The translations under genes were made by a program, and so were the position numbers. 64,000 bases of DNA from Candidatus Gastranaerophilales bacterium (GTDB taxonomy: Bacteria; Cyanobacteriota; Vampirovibrionia; Gastranaerophilales; JANQFW01). Each line of letters opens with the position of its first letter. The first letter of the stretch is position 1. The stretch lies in contig JANQLL010000143.1 in the NCBI GenBank assembly GCA_028280605.1, positions 4,218 through 68,217 on the forward strand, given 5' to 3'. Positions 1 to 8,509 of this stretch are shown here, piece after piece. The notes below the pieces were generated by a model, which did not search any database, was not told the DNA's origin, and saw only the letters and a program-made list of their open reading frames with translations.

Positions 1-270
1 TGCAAGGTACTCCGAGCATTGATCAACTACTTCAAATCCGTCTATGTTTTTGTTAAATATCCTTATAAAGCATCTATCACAGCTAAACGTAATGCCAATT
101 AAATTTACTATCTCTTGTTTTAAAGTGCTTATATCATTGTTGTACTTGATAAAGATATCTGTAATATTGTTCAGTAGATTGATTTTTGCGTTTTTATCTA
201 TATCTAGTATGGATACAGCATTTTGAATTGATTTATGACATTTAAGATCATTATAATCTAATATAGCCAA
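1..270 (-). CDS. partial ORF (first 90 codons, continues beyond window start); unknown, possibly sensor partner of the adjacent response regulator
   Basis: Minus-strand frame is stop-free from TTG at 270-268 (2 nt after the regulator stop) to position 1, which is unusual in such AT-rich DNA. Not in the ORF track because it has no ATG or stop in the window. Confidence 0.35.
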   Translation of the reverse strand, partial: MAILDYNDLKCHKSIQNAVSILDIDKNAKINLLNNITDIFIKYNNDISTLKQEIVNLIGITFSCDRCFIRIFNKNIDGFEVVDQCSEYLA

Positions 271-272
271 TT

Positions 273-962
273 CTATTGTCCTTGTTTGTACCTAAACATA
301 TACCCCGCTCCATAGACGGATACAATAAGTTTAGCATAAGATTTTAATTTTTTCCTGATTTTGGCTATAACTGTATCGATAGCCCTATCGCCTACATTCT
401 CAGAATGCACATTGATTGCTTCAAGTATTTGCTCTCTTGATAAAACTCTATTTTTATTATTGATCAAATATAGTAATGTTTTGAACTCATGGCTGCTTAA
501 ATTGCTATCAACTCCATCTACAAAAACTTGTAAGGAGCCCTCATTAATTTCTAATCCTTCAATACTAAGCGTTTCTGTGTCACTAATGTAATTGTATTTT
601 CTTAATGCTGCTTTTATCCTTGCTATTAAAATATTTTGATTGAATGGTTTTGTGATATAATCATCAAAGCCAATATTTAACCCGTTTACTATGTCAAATT
701 CATTGTCCCTGGCAGTGAGTGCGATTACAGGTTTTTGACGATATGTAGGGTTTGATTTTAATATTTTGCATATTTCAATGCCGCTAATAGTTGGCAATTG
801 CAAGTCTAATAAAACAAGATCAATATTTATTTTATTATATTTATCTAAAAATTCATCTCCATTGTTGAATAAATATGTTTCAAATCCTGCTTTCATTAGT
901 AAGATTTTTAATAGATTACTTAATTCTAAATTATCTTCGACTATAGCTATTGAATAATTCAT
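273..962 (-). CDS. OmpR-family two-component response regulator (receiver + winged helix)
   Basis: Receiver motifs (IVEDN, LVLLDLQLP, ALTARD, KPF) and C-terminal LSREQIL...DRAIDTVIAKIRKKL...GAGYMFR winged-helix signature. Confidence 0.9.
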   Translation of the reverse strand: MNYSIAIVEDNLELSNLLKILLMKAGFETYLFNNGDEFLDKYNKINIDLVLLDLQLPTISGIEICKILKSNPTYRQKPVIALTARDNEFDIVNGLNIGFDDYITKPFNQNILIARIKAALRKYNYISDTETLSIEGLEINEGSLQVFVDGVDSNLSSHEFKTLLYLINNKNRVLSREQILEAINVHSENVGDRAIDTVIAKIRKKLKSYAKLIVSVYGAGYMFRYKQGQ

Positions 963-1270
963 TTCTAAATCACCAGGTAAAAACTTGTCTAAAAAACGTT
1001 GAATAAAAATATTTGGACACTATTCCTATTCGAGGTGTAAAATCAACTCTCAATAAATAAATTTAAATATTATCAGTTATTTTTAAATATTTATACACAC
1101 ATTATAGAACAATCAAACTATTTATACTACTTATTAATTTAATTAGTGTTTATACTTTAAAGAGGGTTCTAAAATATTAAAACATGCAGTTTCTCAATAT
1201 ATTTGCTTAAAAACTTTTTATATTTTATAATTTATTAATGTATATACAAGTTGAATTGGAGGAATGAGGA

Positions 1271-1618
1271 ATGAAGGGGTATAACTTTCATAAAATGTTA
1301 AAACAGGCGCAAGATATGCAAAAACAAATGGAAAGTACTCAACAAGAATTAGAAAATATAGAAGTTGAAGGTGTTGCAGGTGGTGGCGTTATAAATATTA
1401 AATTTAACGCAAAGAATGATCCTCTGGCTGTAAAAATAAAGCCTGAAGCTATTAATCCAGATAGTCCAGAAAGTGTAGATGAAGAGACCATCGAAATGCT
1501 TGAAGACTTGTTTTTAAGTGCGTTAAAAGATGCAAAAGTGAAGGTTGACGGCCTGGTTGAAGAAAAAATGTCATCAGTAACCGGAGGCTTGAATCTTAAT
1601 ATACCTGGTTTATTTTAA
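1271..1618 (+). CDS. ybaB: YbaB/EbfC nucleoid-associated DNA-binding protein
   Basis: 115 aa with [18 protein letters not shown] motif; GGAGG RBS; sits directly upstream of recR (conserved pair). Confidence 0.9.
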   Translation: MKGYNFHKMLKQAQDMQKQMESTQQELENIEVEGVAGGGVINIKFNAKNDPLAVKIKPEAINPDSPESVDEETIEMLEDLFLSALKDAKVKVDGLVEEKMSSVTGGLNLNIPGLF

Positions 1619-1620
1619 GT

Positions 1621-2217
1621 ATGCATTACACTAAACCTTTAGCTAAGCTAATAGAAGAGTTTCAAAAATTACCTGGAATAGGACCAAAATCAGCACAGCG
1701 AATGGCATTTCATTTGTTAAAAATGTCATATGATGATGTTAAGGCTTTTTCGCAAGCTGTAATTGATGCCAAAGAAAATATTAAATATTGCAGTATATGC
1801 TTTAATTTATCATCCATAGCTCCTTGTGAAATATGCTCTGATAAATCAAAAAGCGATAAGATTATATGTGTGGTGTCAGAATCTAAAGATATTATTCCTA
1901 TTGAAAAAACAAAAGAATTTAATGGGAAATATCATGTACTGCAAGGTTTGATTTCTCCATTGGATGGTATTGGACCGGAAGAACTAAAAATAAAAGAATT
2001 GGTTGAACGTATTGGTAAAGAAAACACAGAAGAAGTTATTTTAGCGTTAAATCCTTCTGTAGAAGGAGAAGCAACCAGCTTGTATATTAGTAAACTTTTA
2101 AAACCTATTGGAGTAAAAGTATCCAGAATTGCATTTGGATTGCCGGTGGGCGGTGATTTGGAATATGCAGATGAAATGACTTTGGCTAAAGCAATAGAAG
2201 GCAGAAGAGAAATTTAA
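1621..2217 (+). CDS. recR: recombination protein RecR
   Basis: HhH N-terminus [18 protein letters not shown]4 zinc finger CSICFNL..CEIC, Toprim segment [15 protein letters not shown]-terminal [13 protein letters not shown]. Confidence 0.95.
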   Translation: MHYTKPLAKLIEEFQKLPGIGPKSAQRMAFHLLKMSYDDVKAFSQAVIDAKENIKYCSICFNLSSIAPCEICSDKSKSDKIICVVSESKDIIPIEKTKEFNGKYHVLQGLISPLDGIGPEELKIKELVERIGKENTEEVILALNPSVEGEATSLYISKLLKPIGVKVSRIAFGLPVGGDLEYADEMTLAKAIEGRREI

Positions 2218-2235
2218 TAAAAAAGAACAAAAAAA

Positions 2236-2277
2236 AGAGGGATCTGACCTTGTAAGTTAGGCCAGATCCCTCTTTTT
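2236..2277. terminator. bidirectional intrinsic terminator between recR and the tailspike gene
   Basis: 11-bp stem agagggatctg/cagatccctct flanked by an A-run and a T-run. Confidence 0.75.
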
Positions 2278-2312
2278 AGCTTCTATATAAGAAACTGATA
2301 TGATAAAAAATT

Positions 2313-4613
2313 TTATGCACTAAAAGTTGGATTGCTGAATCCAACGCTTGCACTTGATACAGTTGCATCAGCTGTTTTATTTAAGTAAGCAGTATTTCCT
2401 TCAAGTTTAGTTATTTCAAAGCTACCTGTTACTCCGGCAATTGTTATAAAATTACGCATAGGTCGCAGGTCCGTAGTATCGTTTAATGCAAGTACATTTG
2501 TTCCGGTTGTGATACTGCCGGTTATACCTGATAAGGTTCCACATGTTCCGCTAGCTGTACATCTCCATTTTACACCTAAGTCGTAAGTGTTTTGTTTAAT
2601 TAAATCACCTACCAGCCAGGTACCAACAGTAGGAGTAGCAGAAGAAATATAATATCCGTTTATTTTGTTATGAACGCCTGCATCTGTGATATATGCGCCT
2701 ATAGATCCGTTAATGTTGTTATTTTCTACTATGCAATCTTCAGATTCCGCAAATAGTCTTATTCCATAATAGAAATTTCCTTTAATTTGATTTCCTTTAA
2801 TTATAGTCCCAACTGATTTGACATAAATACCAGCACTGTTAGTATCTGTATTTGGATCAAGCTTGATACGTTCTATTATGTTATTATCAATTACTGTTGA
2901 TTTATCAGACTGGGTATCGTTCCATATGCCAATATTCCCCTGGATTTTAATGTGATTATTGCTAATTATATTTTGTACATCATAAGCCGCAGTTTGATAT
3001 GGTTCGTATTCGCTAGTAGCATTAATACCGCGCCCATTTCTTATGCCGGTTGAATATCCCCAGATTGTATTTCCAATTACTTTATTCTGAGATCGAGTTA
3101 AACGTATTCCATAATCTTCTCCATAACTAGTATAACTAGGATCTCTCATTATTTTGTTGTTACAAATATTTGAATGAGTTACCCTATCCATAGAGATTCC
3201 ATCACCATCACAATTATAAATTCTGTTTTCGTTTATATTAAGGTGTGTTGATAAAAATAATCTGATTGCTCCATAAGAAACACTATTAGCATCTTTTAAT
3301 AAATTGCCGTTCATATCAACATCTTTTAATTGTAAAAAAGTTTTTATAAGTTTGCTGGTGCCGGCTACATCGGCATTTTTGTCTAAAGTGACGGTTGTGC
3401 CGCTTATTGCTGTAATTTCAAATACACTAGGTGTTACATCTGTTATGCCTATAAATTCACCTACTTCTAAATTAGAGGCATCACTTACAAAGAGAGAGTT
3501 TGATCTGGCACTAATAGTCCCGGTTAGATTTAAGATTGAGCCATCGTTATTTCTTTTTGTATTGTATATCTGTAATGTGCCAGTGTTAATCGTATTATTT
3601 AATATTTTAATATTTCCGCAATATGCGGTTGATGTTGTAGGCTCAATGTCAACACCGGATTCAAAGTAATTGTTATTTATATAAAGGTTTTCACCGTGCA
3701 TAAATGATATATCCCATCTGCCGTTATTCGTGAATTTACAGTTTTCAATAATACCATTGTCACATTGTAATGGATTGCCTGCTTGCAATGGTGAACCAAT
3801 ATAAATACCGTCTCTGCCTGCATCTTGTAAGTTGCAATTTTCTACTTTATAATCGTCAGTATATTGTATATGAATACAGTCTGAGTATCCTGAGCTGGAA
3901 TTTCCTTTTACGGTTAAGTTTTTATAATTAACGTTTTTTATAACTTGGGTTGCTTCATTATCGTTAGGTATTCCAAGTACCGGCTGACTGCCTGAGACAG
4001 CATCTAAAACACTTTTATTTTTATCAATACCTATTAAAGTGGTATTTTCAACCTGCTGAATGCAGGGTTCTTTTCCTGCAAGTCCATCAGCATTTTGTAC
4101 ACTATGAGTACCTTTTGGGATAACAATATTGCCTGCCACACTTGCATTGCTTAAAGCTTGTGTATCGTCTGTTGCCCCATCACCAACTGGACCAAACCAG
4201 CAGGCTTGAACTTTTTCAACTTTATTACCAAAATCAATTATTCCTGTTCCTTGAAAAATTTTAGAATCGGGAACTTTTAGTGCACCATTTATAGTTAGTG
4301 TTGCACCATAAGCTATTGTCAAGATGGCACCTTGTTTAATTACTAGTTCAATATTATCAGGGATAGTAACATTGAAATCTATTGACCAGCTTCCTTGTGT
4401 TAGAACTAACATACATATTTCAGAGCCAAGTGAAGAAATTGCAGAATTTATAGTTGTTGAGTCTAAGGAGCTCCCATAATCAATTGCAGAGTACCCGGTT
4501 TTAGAATCTGTGTTATTTATAGCATTTTTAATAGTGCTAAAGTTTTCATTGTGTTTTGTTGCTTCTATCAAGTCATTGGCTGTAAATTCATTAAGGTTAA
4601 TAATTTGAGACAT
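2313..4613 (-). CDS. phage tailspike-like protein with pectate-lyase-type right-handed beta-helix
   Basis: WFGPVGDGATDDTQAL motif typical of pectate_lyase_3/tailspike domains; many NN..I/G..I beta-helix rungs; 766 aa; lies in a phage tail context. Confidence 0.7.
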   Translation of the reverse strand: MSQIINLNEFTANDLIEATKHNENFSTIKNAINNTDSKTGYSAIDYGSSLDSTTINSAISSLGSEICMLVLTQGSWSIDFNVTIPDNIELVIKQGAILTIAYGATLTINGALKVPDSKIFQGTGIIDFGNKVEKVQACWFGPVGDGATDDTQALSNASVAGNIVIPKGTHSVQNADGLAGKEPCIQQVENTTLIGIDKNKSVLDAVSGSQPVLGIPNDNEATQVIKNVNYKNLTVKGNSSSGYSDCIHIQYTDDYKVENCNLQDAGRDGIYIGSPLQAGNPLQCDNGIIENCKFTNNGRWDISFMHGENLYINNNYFESGVDIEPTTSTAYCGNIKILNNTINTGTLQIYNTKRNNDGSILNLTGTISARSNSLFVSDASNLEVGEFIGITDVTPSVFEITAISGTTVTLDKNADVAGTSKLIKTFLQLKDVDMNGNLLKDANSVSYGAIRLFLSTHLNINENRIYNCDGDGISMDRVTHSNICNNKIMRDPSYTSYGEDYGIRLTRSQNKVIGNTIWGYSTGIRNGRGINATSEYEPYQTAAYDVQNIISNNHIKIQGNIGIWNDTQSDKSTVIDNNIIERIKLDPNTDTNSAGIYVKSVGTIIKGNQIKGNFYYGIRLFAESEDCIVENNNINGSIGAYITDAGVHNKINGYYISSATPTVGTWLVGDLIKQNTYDLGVKWRCTASGTCGTLSGITGSITTGTNVLALNDTTDLRPMRNFITIAGVTGSFEITKLEGNTAYLNKTADATVSSASVGFSNPTFSA

Positions 4614-4680
4614 AGCAAACTCCTATATGTTAATTAAGTAACTAAAATATTTAATTTATTTGATATTTAATTATTTTGTA

Positions 4681-4868
4681 AGATTAAAATTCTATTTGGG
4701 AAAGACCGTGTTTACTCCTAAGAATTAAAAGCTTGTTGAAAGGATTGGTCTCCCACCTTTAAAATCCTAAAAATTGAACGGAATCTTAGGCATAAAGCCT
4801 GAATGAATAGGAAAAGTGTTGATTTTAAATGGTGAGTTCAAATAGAATTAATACAAACCTAAGAGGTA
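4681..4868 (+). ncRNA. candidate IS110-type bridge (guide) RNA / structured left end of the IS
   Basis: 188-nt ORF-free segment directly 5' of the IS110 recombinase gene. Long-range stem aattctatttg (4688-4698) / caaatagaatt (4839-4849), plus internal stems aggatt..aatcct and cctaaga..tcttagg. Confidence 0.35.
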
Positions 4869-5597
4869 TTGAAATTGACTAAAAATGTATTATATGTTGG
4901 CATTGATGTCTCTAAGTTGACTCTTAACCTTGCTATCACTGTTGATTCTAAAAAGATTTTAAGCTTTAAGAAAGTAAATAATAATTTATCAGGTTTCAAA
5001 ATGCTTCTTGATTGGGTTGAAAAACATTCATCAAAACAGAATTGTTCTGTTATTCATTTTTGTCTTGAATGCACTGGATCTTATAGTCAGGATTTGGTTG
5101 AATTTTTGCAAGAAAGAAATGAATTTCTTGTAAGTGTTGTAAATCCTGCTCAAATTAAAGCTTTTTCTCAAACTATTCTTTTAAGAACTAAAACAGATAA
5201 GGCTGATTGTCAGATGATTGCTATGTATTGTTCAACTATTAAGCCAGAAGCAACTGTTTTAGTAGCAAAAGAGTTTAAGCAACTGAGAGAACTATATCGT
5301 TATCTTGATTCATTAAAAGATAAAAGAGCTCAGGAAAAAACACGAATTCAATCAGTTAAAAACCATACTGTGGTTGCTTCAATAAAAGAAACTATCTCTT
5401 ATTACGATGAGCAAATTAAAAAAATTGAAAAAGAAATTAAAAAACATATTAATAATTATCCTCATTTGAAAGAAAAAGTTGACTTACTAAAGACTATTCC
5501 TGGTATTGCAGATAAGACTTCCCGGATGTTATTAAGTGAAATGAATGTTGAAGATGGAAGCGGATTATTAAATCCAAAATCACAAATCAAGTTTTAG
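4869..5597 (+). pseudogene. IS110-family (DEDD) recombinase, C-terminally truncated
   Basis: VGIDVSK, LECTGSY and NPAQIKAF..KTDKADC motifs of the RuvC-like DEDD domain. The ORF ends about 25 aa after the IPGIADKT motif, so the C-terminal catalytic Ser domain is missing. TTG start with AAGAGG RBS. Confidence 0.75.
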
Positions 5598-5638
5598 ATT
5601 AAAATTCTGAATTATATTTTATTTTTAAAATTTATTTG
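5591..5638 (+). repeat. direct repeat copy b flanking the higBA cassette
   Basis: gttttagattaaaattctgaattatattttatttttaaaatttatttg is about 85 percent identical by eye to 6422-6466. The core agattaaaattct also occurs at 4681-4693. Confidence 0.6.
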
Positions 5639-5723
5639 TCTGTTCAATATTTTTTATGTGTACAAAAAAACTATCCATTTTATTAGGATAGCTTTTTGAA
5701 TTTATTTTATTGCTTTTTGAGTT

Positions 5724-6020
5724 TTACCCGTACATAATTTCAACATCATCAGGTGTGTAATGTTGAGATTCTTTCCATAGGTCGTATTGCATTTGCAAGC
5801 CTAACCAAAATTCAGGAGTTGTTCCAAAAGCTTTACTTAATTTTAAAGCCATATAAGGGGTTACACTTGATTTGCCATTTATTAAATCAGATGCAGTCGC
5901 TCTTCTAACTTTAATTTTAGAAGCAAAAAGAGTAATAGTTATTTTTAAGGGATCAAGATATAATTCTTTTAGAATTTCGCCCGGATGTGGAGGATTATAC
6001 ATTTGTAAGTCTTTATTCAT
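5724..6020 (-). CDS. higA: HigA-family antitoxin (XRE HTH)
   Basis: PPHPGEILKE..L..L.IT...A.......R...S.L.NGK..VT..MALKL...FGT.PEFWL.LQ..YDLW signature; downstream of higB. Confidence 0.85.
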   Translation of the reverse strand: MNKDLQMYNPPHPGEILKELYLDPLKITITLFASKIKVRRATASDLINGKSSVTPYMALKLSKAFGTTPEFWLGLQMQYDLWKESQHYTPDDVEIMYG

Positions 6021-6095
6021 TTTTTTTACCTCCTATTAATGCTTCAATCCACGCGCTAGCGTGAGTTATATATTTGTAAGTCTTTATCCATTTTT

Positions 6096-6374
6096 TTAAT
6101 GATAATCTTCGTAATCTAAAATATATGCGTTTCCGTCTTCAAAGATAAAAGTGATCCTCCAATTTGCTCTTACTGTTACCGACCAAAATTCTTGTCTATT
6201 ACCTTTTAAATTGTGTAAATTCGCACCTACAAAGTTAGCATCTTCAATAGCTTTAGCCTTGTGGATAACAGCAAGGATTAATCTTAGTCTTTTGGCATGT
6301 TCAGGCATAACCTTTGAAGCATCACCGTTTAAGAATAATTTTTCTAAACCTTTATGTTTAAAACTTTTAATCAT
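6096..6374 (-). CDS. higB: HigB-like RelE/ParE-superfamily toxin (plasmid maintenance killer protein)
   Basis: MIKSFKHKGLEKLF...G....V.PEHAKRL...L..I.......D......LH.LKGNR...WSV.V..NWRITF.FEDG..Y.LDYEDYH pattern. Confidence 0.85.
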   Translation of the reverse strand: MIKSFKHKGLEKLFLNGDASKVMPEHAKRLRLILAVIHKAKAIEDANFVGANLHNLKGNRQEFWSVTVRANWRITFIFEDGNAYILDYEDYH

Positions 6375-6398
6375 ATTAATATTATAATCTATTTTTTG

Positions 6399-6420
6399 TA
6401 CGGTATCAACGTATACCGTA
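6399..6420. promoter_or_regulatory. palindromic operator-like site upstream of higB
   Basis: tacggtat-caacgt-ataccgta inverted repeat 25 nt upstream of the higB start. Confidence 0.4.
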
Positions 6421-6421
6421 T

Positions 6422-6466
6422 GGTTTTAGATTGAAATTCTGGATAATAATTTTAAAAATAAATTTG
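6422..6466 (+). repeat. direct repeat copy c flanking the higBA cassette
   Basis: ggttttagattgaaattctggataataattttaaaaataaatttg matches 5591-5638. Confidence 0.6.
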
Positions 6467-6643
6467 TTAGCAGTTGATATGGAAATCGGAATGAGGGGCT
6501 ACTTGCTGGCAGGTAAAGAATAATTTTTAGATCCATATAATAAAGGGAACTAAAAATTTTGATGAATTAATAAAAAAATTGCAAATAACAGTAAATGATA
6601 ATCCTAAGCAGGCTAAGCTTTTAGGCAGGGAGTTTTTATGGAC

Positions 6644-8296
6644 CTAAGGAGCAATTAGTCCATGAGTTCTAAGCATAGCAAGGATACTGTTTATTTTATT
6701 TATAACATCTGTTAATGTTGCAGAGCCTGCTAAGTTACTTATTGCAGATTGTTGAGAAGTTATAATTTGTGTACCATTGATTTTTAAGACATTGCCGCTA
6801 GTTATACTAATATTACCGTTCACTGTCAAAATTTCTGTTAAGCTGGTTGTGTTAATGCCTATCCTATAGTCTGCACTATCCTTATCTCCATAAATCCAAG
6901 GATTTGCAGCATTATTTGCTATATACAATTTATCGGAAGTTGTTTCATTTTCGCCAGCTTGAAAGCCAATTGATATATTCCTATCACCGTTTATATTATT
7001 TTTTCCAGCTAAAGAGCCTATATAAGTATTTTGACTAGAAAGTGAATTGTAGCCAGCTTGTGCTCCAATAAATATATTATTTGTGCCAGTTAAGTTATTT
7101 CGACCGGCATTATCTCCAATGAACAGGTTGTAATTACCGCTATTGTTGTAACCAGAATAACTTCCTAAGCAAACACTTGAATCACAATTGCCATTTCTAT
7201 TAGCACTTTTACCTATACATATGTTATCAGTTCCAGTTGTTAAAGAGTTACCGGCATAAGTCCCGATTAGCGCATTACTGTTTCCTGTATTTAAGGAATA
7301 TCCTGTTCGATATCCTATCAAGCAATTGTCAGAACCACTTGTTAGAGAAAATCCAGTATATGCACCAATAGCTGTATTTCTAGATGATCCAGCACTTCCA
7401 TCTTTTATAGATAGTTCTCCAATAGCAACATTGCTACTTCCTGTTGTGTTTTCTAAAGTTTGTGGACCTATGCCAACATTATTGGAGCCAGTTGAATTTC
7501 TGCCAGCTATTAGGCCAATGAATACGCAGTTTATTCCGGGTAAAATTTTTCCAGCTTGATAGCCTATATTTGTATTCCCTGTTCCAAATGCTAATTCCCC
7601 AGCTTGATTACCTATATTTATGTTGTTTGAAACACTATCATAGTTATAAATTAAGGTTGAACCTATTTTATAGCCATCAACGCTATTAACTGAATTAAAG
7701 GTTACGTCATCAGTAGTATCAAGGCTCTGGTTATAGTCAGTACCAACAGGAGAGCCGTTATAATACAAGTCGCCTGCCGCATCTGACAATAGATCAATCA
7801 CTGCTTTGTTGTCGTGCGTATGCCTTGCGCTGGTATTAGTAGATACATCGTTATTAGCACTTATTTCAGATTGTAAAAATGCATCATTTATAGCAATACT
7901 TCCGCTAGCATCTTGAAGTAAACCTGTGCCAGCAATATCTTGGTTTATTTTTTCTTTTGTAATAGCATTGTCAGCTACCTTGATAGTATTAATTCCAAGA
8001 TCTTTTATTTCCAATTTATTTTCATTATTTATTTGTATTGTAGAATTATCTGTTTGAATACTAAAATCTATTTTATCCAGTTCGTCATTATAGGTTGATA
8101 ATACACCAGCTTGGGTATTATCAACTAACATAGAGCCTACTATATCTTGAACATCTTCAGCTACACTTGATAGTTCAGGACTCGTTCCGTCAGAATTAAT
8201 TTTTAAATACTTATTTTCATTCCCTTGGTATTTGGGTACATCTAAAACGTGTTCAAGTTTTTGAATTTTAACTTTATGGGCAGGAAATTTTGGCAT
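6644..8296 (-). CDS. phage tail fibre protein with Gly/Asn-rich head-like repeats
   Basis: Long run of N..IG..AG.....G..N..IG repeats (YadA-head/tail-fibre-like) and a C-terminal LTVNGNISITSGN..INGTQI tip segment; 550 aa. Confidence 0.65.
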   Translation of the reverse strand: MPKFPAHKVKIQKLEHVLDVPKYQGNENKYLKINSDGTSPELSSVAEDVQDIVGSMLVDNTQAGVLSTYNDELDKIDFSIQTDNSTIQINNENKLEIKDLGINTIKVADNAITKEKINQDIAGTGLLQDASGSIAINDAFLQSEISANNDVSTNTSARHTHDNKAVIDLLSDAAGDLYYNGSPVGTDYNQSLDTTDDVTFNSVNSVDGYKIGSTLIYNYDSVSNNINIGNQAGELAFGTGNTNIGYQAGKILPGINCVFIGLIAGRNSTGSNNVGIGPQTLENTTGSSNVAIGELSIKDGSAGSSRNTAIGAYTGFSLTSGSDNCLIGYRTGYSLNTGNSNALIGTYAGNSLTTGTDNICIGKSANRNGNCDSSVCLGSYSGYNNSGNYNLFIGDNAGRNNLTGTNNIFIGAQAGYNSLSSQNTYIGSLAGKNNINGDRNISIGFQAGENETTSDKLYIANNAANPWIYGDKDSADYRIGINTTSLTEILTVNGNISITSGNVLKINGTQIITSQQSAISNLAGSATLTDVINKINSILAMLRTHGLIAP

Positions 8297-8450
8297 AAAT
8301 TTTCTCCTTTTTATGAATTAATTATATTTTTTACTTAAAAAATTTTAAAAAGTAATCTTTAAGAGCATAAGAATATTAAAAAATCAAGTTATAAAGGTTT
8401 ATTAGCTCTAATTTTAGATGATATTATGATTAGAATAGAACCTGACTAAC

Positions 8451-8478
8451 GAAAAGAGCCGACCCTAAAGTCAGCTCT
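8451..8478 (-). terminator. intrinsic terminator after the FG-GAP/RTX gene
   Basis: Stem agagccgac/gtcagctct followed by a T-run on the minus strand. Confidence 0.55.
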
Positions 8479-8509
8479 TAGCTTAGATTTATTGAGATAA
8501 TAATTTATT

